From NCBI GenBank assembly GCA_965248925.1, contig CBDFLE010000003.1:1-48891 (forward strand): 48,891 nt of DNA. The letters are read 5' to 3'. The notes under the pieces were generated by a model that saw only the letters and a list, made by a program, of their open reading frames with translations, was not told the origin of the DNA and did not search any database. Shown piece by piece: positions 9,255 through 19,221 of this stretch. Origin of the DNA: Candidatus Multivoradales bacterium (GTDB taxonomy: Bacteria > Acidobacteriota > Thermoanaerobaculia > Multivoradales > J023). The translations under genes and the position numbers were made by a program. How positions within the stretch are numbered: the first letter of the stretch is position 1; each line of letters starts with the position of its first letter.

Positions 9255-12200
9255 ATGGCGTCGATCGAGCGGACTGCGTACCCGCGGTTCAAGACATCGG
9301 TATCGGCCCGAGAACTCATCGACGCGTTCACTCCAGCTAGCGAAGAGATCTTATGGGCGGCCGAGGCGACCCGTCAGGAAGGTAGCCAACTCACCTTGTT
9401 GGTGTTGCTGAAGTCGTTCCAGCGGCTTGGGTACTTCCCGAAGCTTGATGAGGTCCCGGCCGACGTCGTCCAGCACATCAGCCGAACGCTCGAGGTGGCC
9501 AGCGGGGCCGGAGATGCGGCTGCGACAAGAACGGTGGAGCGTTATCGAGTACTGGTTCGTTCGTTTGTCGGTGTGGTCCATGATTCGGTTGCGGTGCGCA
9601 AGCTGGTCACCGACACCATCGAGGTGGCCGCCAGGACCAAGGACAACCCGGCCGATCTGATCAATGTCGCACTGGAGGAACTGGTCAAGGCCCGCTACGA
9701 GCTTCCTGGCTACAGCACCCTCGACCGCGCAGCCACGACCCTTCGTACGAGTGTCAACCAGGCCTTCTTCTCCGAGATTGAGCAGCGTGTCGACCCTTCA
9801 AGCCGACAAGAACTGCTGGGCCTGCTGCAGGTAGACAGGACGTCGAGGCGCAGCCAATTCGATGAGCTGAAGCGCCCAGCTCGCCGGCCATCGCTGTCCC
9901 GGCTCAAAAATCACACGCAGATACTCAAGAGTCTCGACCGGATCGGCGACACTGATGGGTGGCTCGGTGATCTGCCACCTGCGAAGGCGGCGCACTTTGC
10001 AGGTGAAGCCCGAGTTCTGGACGCATCGGACATGCGTAAGGTTGGCGAGACGAAACGGCTCGCTCTTCTCGTGTCTTTGGTGCATCAGGCGCGAATCCGA
10101 GGTCGAGATGAACTCGCCGAAATGTTGTGTCGGCGCATGGCCTCGATCCACAAGCGTGGCCGTGACGATCTGGCCGACATTCGTGATCGGCAACGTACCG
10201 AAACCGAGCGACTCTGGAGCGTCTTTGGCAGCATGCTCGCTGCCGCACGCCAAGCAACCAACCCAATTAGCTCGTCGGCTGACGATGATGTGAGTAGTGG
10301 TGCGTTCGATGATGAAACCATCAAGCGTGCCGGTTCGCTTATGCTGGACTCGCTTGCCGCAGGCGGCGGCCTGTCAAAACTGACTAGGGAGCATGCTGAG
10401 ATCTCAGCCCATCACGGCAACAACTACATGCCGTTGCTGGCTCGACGGTTCCGGTCGCACCGCAAAGCACTGTTCGATGTGGCCGAGGTTCTCGACTTCG
10501 AATCAACCAGCGCCGACAGCTCCGTCCTTGAGGCACTCCGGTTCATCCAGGCACACCGACACCACACCCGCAAATACATCGACGACCCCAACGACGGGTT
10601 GGACACATCGTTCTGCTCGCAGAACTGGGCCCAAACGATCCGTGATCGTGACCGGCCAGGTGAATTGGTGCGAATCCATCTCGAGGCGTGCGTGTTCTCC
10701 TACCTCGCCGCCGAGCTGCGTAGCGGCGACGTCGCCGTCGACGGCTCAGACTCCTATGCGAACTTCTTCGACCAGCTGCTCACCCCAGCCGAGATCGAAC
10801 CGCTCGTCGCCGAGTACTGCGCAGAGGTTGGACTACCCGACACGCCCGAAGGATTCCGTGAACAGATCGAAACCCGGCTCGAACGCACCGCCGCCACCGT
10901 TGACGCTGGATACCCGAACAACGCCGACCTCATCATCGACGACGCCGGACACCCGACCCTGCGACGCCGCAAAGCCAAGGACCAACCAGCAGGAGTGACA
11001 GCGCTCGCCAAGGCAATCGAAGAACGGACCGATGAGGTATCTCTGCTGGACATCGTCACCCGCACCGCGCACTGGGTCCGCTGGTATCGCCACTTCGGGC
11101 CGCTCTCAGGTTCAGACCCCAAGCTCGCCGACCCGCTCGGACGATACTCAGTTATCACCTTCACCTACGGCACCAACATTGGTCCCCACCAAATGTCACG
11201 GCACCTCCGCGGCGCCGTCAGCGCCCACGAGATCTCCGCGCCAGGAAACCAACACATCACTGCCGCCAAACTCAACCAGGCCAGCGCCGATGTCATCGAT
11301 GCGTTCATGGGACTCGACGTCGCCCAGCTCTGGGGCGATGGCTCGAAAGTCGGCGCGGATGGAACCCAAATCGACACCTGGGACGATAACCTCCTCGCCG
11401 AAACCTCTGTCCGTTACGGCGGATACGGAGGCATTGCGTACCGTCACATCTCCGACACCTACATCGCCCTGTTCTCCCACTTCATCCCATGCGGCGTGTG
11501 GGAAGCCGTGTTCATCTTTGCCGGGCTGCTCAAGAACGAATCGAAGACGATCGAGCCTGAAGAGATCCATGCCGATACCCAAGGCCAATCGTTGCCGGCG
11601 TTCGGGCTCGCAACCATGCTCGGCGTCGAGCTGCTCCCACGGATCCGGAACTGGAAAGACCTCATCTTCTACCGGCCAAACGCCGACAGCCGCTACGACC
11701 ACATCGACATACTCTTCGGCAAAAGCGAAGTCATCGACTGGAAGCTGATCGAAACCCACTGGATCGATCTCATGCGCGTCGTCATCTCCATCCGCCAAGG
11801 CCGCATCTCATCATCAGCGCTGCTGCGACGACTCGGAAACCACTCCCGCAAGAACCGGATCTACAAGGCCTTCCGAGAACTCGGCCGAGCCATCCGCACC
11901 ACCGTGCTGCTCAGATACCTCTCACAAACCGAACTTCGAGACAGCATCACCGTTGTCACCAACCGCGTCGAGTCATTCCATAACTTCTCGAAATGGCTGT
12001 CGTTCGGCAACGCCGGCATCATCGCCGACAACGACCCCGACCACATGGAGAAAATCATCAAGTTCAACGAGCTGCTCGCCAACTGCGTCATCTTCTACAA
12101 CGCCGCCCAGCTCACCAACGTTCTCAACCAACTCGCTAGTGAAGGCCAGCCCGCCGAACGAGACGACGTCGCCGCCTTGTCGCCATACACCACCAAACAC

Positions 12201-12320
12201 GTCCTTCGATTCGGCGACTACGTCCTCGACCTCACACCACCAAGCGAAGTAATCAACGGACACCTTCATCTACACACCGACACCGCAGAACCCACCCTCG
12301 GTACACAACCCAAGGTTTGA
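9255..12320 (+). CDS. tnpA: Tn3-family transposase
   Basis: 1021 aa; MASIERTAYPRF start, ADGT, HADTQG, TNRVESFH DDE motifs; stop codon lies within the right IR. Confidence 0.95.
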   Translation: MASIERTAYPRFKTSVSARELIDAFTPASEEILWAAEATRQEGSQLTLLVLLKSFQRLGYFPKLDEVPADVVQHISRTLEVASGAGDAAATRTVERYRVLVRSFVGVVHDSVAVRKLVTDTIEVAARTKDNPADLINVALEELVKARYELPGYSTLDRAATTLRTSVNQAFFSEIEQRVDPSSRQELLGLLQVDRTSRRSQFDELKRPARRPSLSRLKNHTQILKSLDRIGDTDGWLGDLPPAKAAHFAGEARVLDASDMRKVGETKRLALLVSLVHQARIRGRDELAEMLCRRMASIHKRGRDDLADIRDRQRTETERLWSVFGSMLAAARQATNPISSSADDDVSSGAFDDETIKRAGSLMLDSLAAGGGLSKLTREHAEISAHHGNNYMPLLARRFRSHRKALFDVAEVLDFESTSADSSVLEALRFIQAHRHHTRKYIDDPNDGLDTSFCSQNWAQTIRDRDRPGELVRIHLEACVFSYLAAELRSGDVAVDGSDSYANFFDQLLTPAEIEPLVAEYCAEVGLPDTPEGFREQIETRLERTAATVDAGYPNNADLIIDDAGHPTLRRRKAKDQPAGVTALAKAIEERTDEVSLLDIVTRTAHWVRWYRHFGPLSGSDPKLADPLGRYSVITFTYGTNIGPHQMSRHLRGAVSAHEISAPGNQHITAAKLNQASADVIDAFMGLDVAQLWGDGSKVGADGTQIDTWDDNLLAETSVRYGGYGGIAYRHISDTYIALFSHFIPCGVWEAVFIFAGLLKNESKTIEPEEIHADTQGQSLPAFGLATMLGVELLPRIRNWKDLIFYRPNADSRYDHIDILFGKSEVIDWKLIETHWIDLMRVVISIRQGRISSSALLRRLGNHSRKNRIYKAFRELGRAIRTTVLLRYLSQTELRDSITVVTNRVESFHNFSKWLSFGNAGIIADNDPDHMEKIIKFNELLANCVIFYNAAQLTNVLNQLASEGQPAERDDVAALSPYTTKHVLRFGDYVLDLTPPSEVINGHLHLHTDTAEPTLGTQPKV

Positions 12321-12661
12321 ATGGCGGGTTTCGGCCGTATTCCGGTCGTCCCCCTCGAGGGGGTGGTGAACCACCGGCTGGGACTGTAGAGACCAGCGGG
12401 GCAAAGGACTACTGAAATATCTGTCGTTCGCTGGCTGCTGAAGCTCGACACAGAGCCCATTGTACGATTCTTGATATGACTTTGGCAGGGATAGAATCCT
12501 CTACGAGAGTTGGAACCTCGGAGAAATATAGCCTCATTCACAGCCAAATCGGCAGAAAGTGGATTCCTGTTGCTAGCTTGAGTTCGAGGGTTCGGCGTTG
12601 GCCGTCGTGTTGGCTAGTTCCTAGACATCCCTTTGTCTCTAGTTGAGTTACCTGTCTTAAG

Positions 12662-15600
12662 AAGGAGAATTATTGTGATCCGATCCGTAAGCCTCTTCCT
12701 CGTCATCAGTCTCCTCAGCCTTCTCGGTCTGCCAGCAGCACTGCAAGCCGGCACCGCCTGCAGCGGCGTCCTCACTTACCTCGAACAAGGACTCTTCGCT
12801 GACCAACCCTCGAACTGCTCCACCGGCTCCCGCTGCTACACGCCGGTCATCTCCGGCGCCACCTTCACCCCCGAGGCTGGCTGCGACCCGGCTATCGAAT
12901 CCTGTGCCATCACCATCGAAGTGCCGATCGACTTCGCCGGAAACCACCAGAACGATCCCAGCGCCTCGGGCTTCCTGTACAGCTTCGCCACCGTCACGGT
13001 GACCCCCAGCGGCGGCGGTACCCTGGGCACCTGCGGTCTCTCGGGCGCGGTGATCGAGGAAGATCACGGTACCTTGAGCTGGGGCATCACCAGCTCTTGC
13101 AGCGACCTGATGGCCAGCTACACGATCACCGCCACCGCCTGTCCCTGTGCCTTCGGCCTCTGTCCCCATTGCCCGAAAGAAACCACCCAAGTAGTCGACT
13201 TCAGCCTGTCGCCCCTCTGTCCACCCCCGCCCCCGCCTAGCGGCTGCCCGGAAGATGAAGAATGCTCCTCTTGCGTCGGTGGTGGCAGCGGAATAGGCGG
13301 TAGCGCCGGTGGTGGAGGCGGAGGCGCCTCGCCGCCGCAGAGCGGCCCCGGCGCCCTACTGCGCTACCACGCGGGAGGCGTTGGCCATCCGACCTACCCC
13401 GGCTCAGCCGGCATCACCGCCGAGTTGGGGCGCTATTGGAGCCACGATTACGCCGAGAGAATCGCTCGCGACCCCGACGACAGCAACGTCTGGCTGCTCA
13501 CTCGCTACGCTACTTTCCGTCGCTTTACGGACTTGGACATGGATGGGGACTACGACCGCACGATTCCCAGCGATGAGTACCGCACCCTGACCAAGACCCC
13601 GACCGGCTGGACCCTGCTCGATCTAGACGGCACCCTGATGCAATTCGACGACACCGGCCTATGGTCCTCGACCACCGACCGCAACGGCAACGCCAAGACC
13701 GCCACCCGCGACGGCACTGGCCGGCTGACCGTCGTCAGCTTCCCCGATGGCCGCTCGGAGACCTTCACCTACTCGGCAGGCGGCAAGCTGGACTCGATTA
13801 CAGAAGTCGGCATCGACAGCACCACCAGTCGAACTTGGGGTTACACCTACACTGGCCAAGACCTCACCCGCATCGATCGACCCGACGGCACCGCCTGGAC
13901 CTTCCTCTACGATGACCCAACTCTGCCGGGCTACATGACCCGAATGAGTCTGGAGGGCACCGATAGCAGCGCGCGGATCGCGGGCTCCTGGGCCTATGAC
14001 CCTTTCGGCAATGTAGTGCAAATGTGGAAAGGCGCGGCCAACTTCAACGATGCCGGCGCCGTCGATCGCTGGTCGATGAGCTTCGACGATCCCCAGCTGC
14101 CGATGGTGACCACGGTCACCGATCCAATGGGCGAGATCTCCACCTACACTTTGGGCCGTGACTCCGAGAGCCGCAAGCCTCGCCTAGAGCAGCTCGAAGG
14201 CTCTTGCCCGAGCTGTGGCACTGGCCCGAACAGCCGGCTGTTCTATGAAGATCCGGCGCACCCCCTGCGCCCCACTCGCCAGATCGACGGTGGCGGCACC
14301 ACGACGCTCACCACCTACGACGCCAACGGCCAAGCAATCTCCCGTGTCGAAGCGCTGGGCACGGCGGAGGAGCGCGAGACCACTTGGCAGCGCGACCTCA
14401 CCTACCCGGCCCTGATCACCGAGATCGAGCGTCCCTCGACCACCGGCAACCCTCTAGATTTCCGCCGTACCACCTTCACCCTCAGTGGCCAAGGCAACGC
14501 CAGCGACCGCATTGACGAAGGGGTAGAAGACGGCCAGGTCTTCAGCTACACCACCACGACCACCTACACCGCCGAGGGCCAACCCGAAGACCGCGACCCA
14601 CCCGGCTACGGCACCGCCGATGTCACCACCAGCGCCTGGGACGCTGCCCGTGGCGGCCTGGTGCTGGCCAGCCGTACCGATCCGCTGATCGGCAGCACTC
14701 TGTTCGGTTACGACCCATTCAACCGCCGAACCTCCGTCACCGACCCCAACGGGGTAACCAGCGAAACGCAGTACGACTCGCTCAATCGCGTTCTGTTCAG
14801 CATCCAGAAAGGCGCGGTACCGGCCGAGGATTTGATCACCGAGCAGCGCTACACGGTCTTTGGCGACCTCTTCCAAACCGTCTTGCCGCGCGGCAACGTG
14901 ATCGAATATTCCTATGATTCCGCAGGCCGACTTGTCTCGATCGAGCGTAAGCCCGATGACCTGCTCGGCAGCCACATCGAGCGCACCTTCTACACCCTCG
15001 ATGGCTTCGGTCACCGGGTCCGCGAAGAACTGCAAAGTTGGGACGGCGCGAGCTGGACGAGTGCGTCGACTACCGATTACCTGTACTCGACCCGTTGCCA
15101 TCTCGACCAGATGATCGAAGGCGTAGGCAGTCCTGAGCAGGCGATCACCGAGTATGCCTACAACTGCGATGGCGACCTCGAACGCTTGTGGGACGCGAAC
15201 CATCCATCGGCGGGCCAGACCGCGCCAGCCAGCTCGGTCTACGGCTATGACCCACTCGACCGATTGACCACGGTCAGCCAGCCATTCGGCGGCGCGGCCG
15301 GTGGCCAAGCCGTGACGACCTACGGCTTTGACGTTCAGGATCATCTGAACACGGTCACTGACCCAGAGGGCACGGTCACCAGCTACGTCCACAGCGATCG
15401 AAATTTGCTGACCCGCGAGACCTCCGAGGTCTCTGGCGTGACCAACCATCTGTACAACGAGCACGGCGAGCGCACAGAGACGACCGATGCACGCAGCATC
15501 TCCACCCTGCGCACCCTCGATGAGCTAGATCGGGTCACACTGGTCGACTACCCCGACGACACCCTCGACGTGACCTACACCTACGATGACGCGCTGGTGC

Positions 15601-16808
15601 CCTTCAGTCTCGGCCGACTCACTCAGATCGAACGTGATGGCCAGCCGATCGACTTCCAATACGATCGATTCGGGCGGATGACGCAGGACGGCGAGCTGGC
15701 CTACAGCTTCGACACTAACGGCAACAAGAGCGAGATCCTGTACCCTGGTGGGGTGAGAGCGTTCTACGGATTCGATCACGCTGACCGTCACCAGACCCTC
15801 GATGCCGAGGTGCCAGGCCAGGGCATCCAATCGATCGTCACGGGAGCCCTCTACCAACCCATCGGCCCACTGCGCCAGCTGACGCGCGGCAATGGTGTCA
15901 CCGAAAGCCGCCAGCACGACAGCCGCTATCAGCCCGCCAGCATTACAGCGGTTGGCCCTGGCGGCACCTTGCTCGACTGGGACTACACCACCGACGGGGT
16001 CGGCAACATCACCGCCATCGGCGATCTGCTCGACCCGCTGAACAACCGCACCTACGCCTACCAGGAATACCAGTACTTCCTCACTCAGGGCGACGGCCCG
16101 TGGGGCAACCTAGCGTGGGCGTACGACAAAACCGGCAACCGTCTCAGCGAGACGCGGGACGGCGGCACCGACATCTACCAGTACCTCGCCAACGCTGCCG
16201 CGAGCGGCAATACCGCGAAACTCGACCAGATTGCCCTCGGTGCAGGTGGCAGTCGCGTCTACACCTTCGACGCAGCCGGCAACCAAATCGGCGTCGACGA
16301 GAACGGCGACCCGGTGGCTTACACGTTCGATGATGCTGGGCGCCTATCGGCCATCGACCACCCTTCAGCACAGGCCACCTCTACGATGTTCTATGACGGT
16401 CGCAGCTACCTACGCCAAGCAGTCGGCCGCGAGCCCGACACTTCGGGCAACGCTCTCTTCTGCGATGGCTTTGAAAGCGGCGACATCAGCGCTTGGGGCG
16501 ATCCTGGAGCCAGTAGCTGCACAGCTGAGGCCGTAACCGAAGCGGCCTACAGTTCCGACGGTGTGCTGCAACGGCGAGTCGGTGCCACCGAGGCCAATGC
16601 AGTGCTCTACTTCGGAGGACAGCCGGTAGCCCAGACCAGCGGGACCGGTGTAACCCACCTCACGGCAGACCACCTTGGCACACCGGTGCTAGCTTCTAGC
16701 GGTGTCGGCGGCTCGAAATGGAGCGGCGGATTCGAGCCCTTCGGCAGTGACTTCGCAAATGCCGGAGACGCAGGCGTTTTCTTGCGCTTTCCGGGGCAGT
16801 GGGCGGAT
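12662..16808 (+). repeat. 4147-bp inverted repeat, copy 1 (rhs core; partner 40517-44663)
   Basis: Colinear and highly similar from the shared RBS aaggagaattattgtg to the PGQWAD codons; scattered substitutions. Confidence 0.9.
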
Positions 16809-17441
16809 ATCGTATGGGCAAGAGACGTGATCTCCCACTACAACGTGCATCGCTGGTATCAGCCAGGCACTGGAAGATATCGCAGAAGTGATCCGCTTGG
16901 GCTTCCCGCCATCGCTAGACATCTAGGGAAGAGTCGGGACGAAATAAACCTCTTTACCTACGCAGTTGCTCGCCCGACGGTAGGTATCGACCGAATGGGT
17001 CTTGCCGTCACAACTCTCGGTTGCTCTGCCAGCCAGGACTCGAAGATCCAGATCGCGGCAGGGAATGCGGACGCAGCGTCGCAGAAGTGCCTGGATTGTG
17101 AGGACCGAAGGCCATTTAGAAAACTCATCCGAAGCCAAGGTACCAAGGGTGAACTAGTGTTCCGCTGCGTGAATTGGCCGGGGTCAGTGCGGCCTGGTGA
17201 TGAGACCCCCTCATGTGGTGACGTGGGAATTCGACTAAACGTACTTGAATTCGAGCTCACCGGGGAGATCTCCTTGACTCCCGCAGGAATCGGTGGAGTG
17301 CCAGGGTGCGGTTGTCTTGAGTCTACAATTCTGCATGAAGTTCTCCACCTACTGGGTGGTGATGGAATCGGCGGCATAAGACGTCACGACAGTGGGTCAC
17401 GTTTCAAATCCGAGAGGAGGTGCTTCTCATGCGCGAACTAG
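12675..17441 (+). CDS. Rhs/YD-repeat polymorphic toxin 1 with signal peptide and C-terminal HEXXH metallopeptidase-like tip
   Basis: RBS AAGGAG plus GTG at 12675, matching the paralogue's start; YD repeats; core motifs LRFPGQW, YN..RWY.P.TGRY...DPLG, DRMGL; tip contains ILHEVLH. Confidence 0.9.
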   Translation: MIRSVSLFLVISLLSLLGLPAALQAGTACSGVLTYLEQGLFADQPSNCSTGSRCYTPVISGATFTPEAGCDPAIESCAITIEVPIDFAGNHQNDPSASGFLYSFATVTVTPSGGGTLGTCGLSGAVIEEDHGTLSWGITSSCSDLMASYTITATACPCAFGLCPHCPKETTQVVDFSLSPLCPPPPPPSGCPEDEECSSCVGGGSGIGGSAGGGGGGASPPQSGPGALLRYHAGGVGHPTYPGSAGITAELGRYWSHDYAERIARDPDDSNVWLLTRYATFRRFTDLDMDGDYDRTIPSDEYRTLTKTPTGWTLLDLDGTLMQFDDTGLWSSTTDRNGNAKTATRDGTGRLTVVSFPDGRSETFTYSAGGKLDSITEVGIDSTTSRTWGYTYTGQDLTRIDRPDGTAWTFLYDDPTLPGYMTRMSLEGTDSSARIAGSWAYDPFGNVVQMWKGAANFNDAGAVDRWSMSFDDPQLPMVTTVTDPMGEISTYTLGRDSESRKPRLEQLEGSCPSCGTGPNSRLFYEDPAHPLRPTRQIDGGGTTTLTTYDANGQAISRVEALGTAEERETTWQRDLTYPALITEIERPSTTGNPLDFRRTTFTLSGQGNASDRIDEGVEDGQVFSYTTTTTYTAEGQPEDRDPPGYGTADVTTSAWDAARGGLVLASRTDPLIGSTLFGYDPFNRRTSVTDPNGVTSETQYDSLNRVLFSIQKGAVPAEDLITEQRYTVFGDLFQTVLPRGNVIEYSYDSAGRLVSIERKPDDLLGSHIERTFYTLDGFGHRVREELQSWDGASWTSASTTDYLYSTRCHLDQMIEGVGSPEQAITEYAYNCDGDLERLWDANHPSAGQTAPASSVYGYDPLDRLTTVSQPFGGAAGGQAVTTYGFDVQDHLNTVTDPEGTVTSYVHSDRNLLTRETSEVSGVTNHLYNEHGERTETTDARSISTLRTLDELDRVTLVDYPDDTLDVTYTYDDALVPFSLGRLTQIERDGQPIDFQYDRFGRMTQDGELAYSFDTNGNKSEILYPGGVRAFYGFDHADRHQTLDAEVPGQGIQSIVTGALYQPIGPLRQLTRGNGVTESRQHDSRYQPASITAVGPGGTLLDWDYTTDGVGNITAIGDLLDPLNNRTYAYQEYQYFLTQGDGPWGNLAWAYDKTGNRLSETRDGGTDIYQYLANAAASGNTAKLDQIALGAGGSRVYTFDAAGNQIGVDENGDPVAYTFDDAGRLSAIDHPSAQATSTMFYDGRSYLRQAVGREPDTSGNALFCDGFESGDISAWGDPGASSCTAEAVTEAAYSSDGVLQRRVGATEANAVLYFGGQPVAQTSGTGVTHLTADHLGTPVLASSGVGGSKWSGGFEPFGSDFANAGDAGVFLRFPGQWADIVWARDVISHYNVHRWYQPGTGRYRRSDPLGLPAIARHLGKSRDEINLFTYAVARPTVGIDRMGLAVTTLGCSASQDSKIQIAAGNADAASQKCLDCEDRRPFRKLIRSQGTKGELVFRCVNWPGSVRPGDETPSCGDVGIRLNVLEFELTGEISLTPAGIGGVPGCGCLESTILHEVLHLLGGDGIGGIRRHDSGSRFKSERRCFSCAN

Positions 17442-18049
17442 CAGTATTGCTCTTTCTCGCTTCTCTTGTAGTCAATTGCCTGTATCAGCCGCCAGAAGAG
17501 AATGCTGAGGTGGTCGCTGAACCACTCTTAGAATTAGAGCCTGAGTGTGCCCAGTTCTCGCTCAGGAAAATGGCGAAGAGTAGCCATGCCATCGAAGCGG
17601 TCTTCGCCAATGGCTGCGACAGAGAACTACTCCTAGGGCCGATACTTCGGCCGCACTATTGGTGGGAAGAGGGGGCTGACCCTGGGCACTTGGTGAGACT
17701 CAAGTTAGAAATCTATGGTCTTGACGACTCACCGGTCACGCTTCTTGGCCGACCGCCTACTGGCAAGTTGGTAATTCCTGGGCCGCGCGAGCTTCTTCGA
17801 TTGAGCAAAGGCGACGAGAAAGTGTGGAGCATCGACCTTTGTTCAGGGTGGTTCGCCCACCTCTTTCCAAGTCCTGGGAGGTACAGAGTTGAAGCAACAG
17901 CAGATAGCGCGCTTGGGAGCTGGATGCAGACAACTATGGATCCAAGATATGCGGCAATGAAAGATACTTTCAGCGAGTTGACGACTCTAGAAGGAAAGTT
18001 CGACGCCGACGTTCTTTTTGTTGACCTACAGGCCGTGCCTGTTTGCTAG
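17429..18049 (+). CDS. Putative immunity lipoprotein for Rhs 1
   Basis: Overlaps the toxin stop; RBS GAGGAGG; hydrophobic N-terminus ending in LVVNC (lipobox-like). Confidence 0.65.
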   Translation: MRELAVLLFLASLVVNCLYQPPEENAEVVAEPLLELEPECAQFSLRKMAKSSHAIEAVFANGCDRELLLGPILRPHYWWEEGADPGHLVRLKLEIYGLDDSPVTLLGRPPTGKLVIPGPRELLRLSKGDEKVWSIDLCSGWFAHLFPSPGRYRVEATADSALGSWMQTTMDPRYAAMKDTFSELTTLEGKFDADVLFVDLQAVPVC

Positions 18050-18098
18050 GTGTGCGGTCGCCGGTGGGCACCACGGCATTGAAGGCTCGGGCATCACC

Positions 18099-18129
18099 GA
18101 ACTGGAGCGGCGGATTCGAACCCTTCGGC
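18099..18129 (+). pseudogene. Orphan rhs core fragment (WSGGFEPFG)
   Basis: gaactggagcggcggattcgaacccttcggc nearly matches 16715-16745 and the corresponding Rhs 2 segment. Confidence 0.6.
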
Positions 18130-18243
18130 CGCGCGCCAGGCCGAGGTGATCGCGAGCATCCGGAAAGAGCTGGAGCAAGTCCGCAGAGAGGTGGCACAGC
18201 TCAAGGAAGCCATGGGGCAAACGCTCGGCTGCCAGTTCGATCT

Positions 18244-18281
18244 GGGGGTCGAGGAACAATGGAACGAAAACGCACCCTAAG
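18244..18281 (+). repeat. 38-bp Tn3/Tn1000-type terminal IR (left; partner 37371-37408)
   Basis: gggggtcgaggaacaatggaacgaaaacgcaccctaag has the GGGG...TAAG signature and matches the reverse complement of 37371-37408 at 33/38. Confidence 0.8.
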
Positions 18282-18869
18282 AGCCGACCTGTGAAGTCCG
18301 ATACCGTTGGCGAGTGCCTAGGGAGGCGCTCATCCAGCGGCTGTCGCCTACGATCTATGAGCACATCAATCTATACGGCCGGTAGGACTTCTCCAACCTC
18401 GTCGCACCACCCTCAGGAGAGCTTCGACCGCTCCAGGTTGAGTAGGGGTGAATCGAAAACGACGCTTTTTGTCGATTCACTACGGGTACCCCTACCCGGG
18501 TGCTCTTGAAAAGAAAGGGCCTCGGCAAGCAACGTGGACCGCGTTTGAGCGCTGGCGACGCGGCGGTTGGGCTGCCATGTAAGCTCTTGACCCCGCTGGC
18601 AACACGGCAGGGTGGCCCACGGTTTTTTACGCTCCCCAGTACGCGGAGGCGATGAATAGTGAGCAGTTGATGGTATGCTGAGACACTTACTTACCGTGGT
18701 ACAAACGTGGAGCAGCTTAGCCTGACTGGCAGCCTCAGCAGAGCGTTGCAACTCTACTTCGGTCAACAGAGACGCATGCACCGAGCGCGGCCTACATTCA
18801 TCGGTTATCAGCTATTTGTCGGCGACGAACGCTGTGGATAGAGTTACGGGAGCCACAAGGAGCCCACAA

Positions 18870-19202
18870 ATGACAGAGTTCCTTCTTAATGACCGCAAGA
18901 TCGTCAACGTCCGCCTGCCGAACGGCGCGGTGGCGCATGTCGAAGCTCGCGACTTCGGTGGCGAAGAGCGTATTGCTGCAGAGATTCCCAACTTTGAGGA
19001 ACTGATGACCCCGATAGAGGGAATCGCCTCGAGCCTGAGTCGTGTCTGGGACCGGGTCGCGCCCCAGAAGGCGAGCGTCGAGTTCGGGCTTCAGGTCGCG
19101 GTCGAGGCCGGCAAGCTGACCTCGCTTTTCGTCCAGGGCAGTGGCGAGGCAAACCTCAAGATCTGCCTGGAGTGGAGCCGACCGCCGTCATCCTCGGACT
19201 GA
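18870..19202 (+). CDS. Trypsin-co-occurring domain protein (Trypco1/CU044_2847-like)
   Basis: RBS AAGGAG plus ATG at 18870; signature P..ASVEFG..V.VE.GKL...V.G.GEANLKI.LEW; directly upstream of a trypsin-domain gene. Confidence 0.85.
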   Translation: MTEFLLNDRKIVNVRLPNGAVAHVEARDFGGEERIAAEIPNFEELMTPIEGIASSLSRVWDRVAPQKASVEFGLQVAVEAGKLTSLFVQGSGEANLKICLEWSRPPSSSD

Positions 19203-19221
19203 GGCACTGTCGCCTACAACG

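Larger units (their letters stand above)
7960..12354 (+). mobile_element. Tn3-family transposon A (res, resolvase, small ORF, transposase)
   Basis: Terminal IRs gggggatgaccggaatacgcccgaaacccgcca (7960) and the inverted copy ending at 12354 match 31/33. Flanks ttcat/tcgag do not form a TSD. Confidence 0.9.

Noticed and set aside
7955-12359. Target-site duplication for transposon A
   Set aside because: The left flank ttcat matches neither tcgag (12355) nor tcctt (32781).
12633-12674. Upstream TTG start for Rhs 1
   Set aside because: The RBS and the paralogue support GTG at 12675.
18448-18480. Palindrome gtgaatcgaaaa...ttttgtcgattcac as a defined regulatory site
   Set aside because: The symmetry is real but single-copy, and no function can be assigned.
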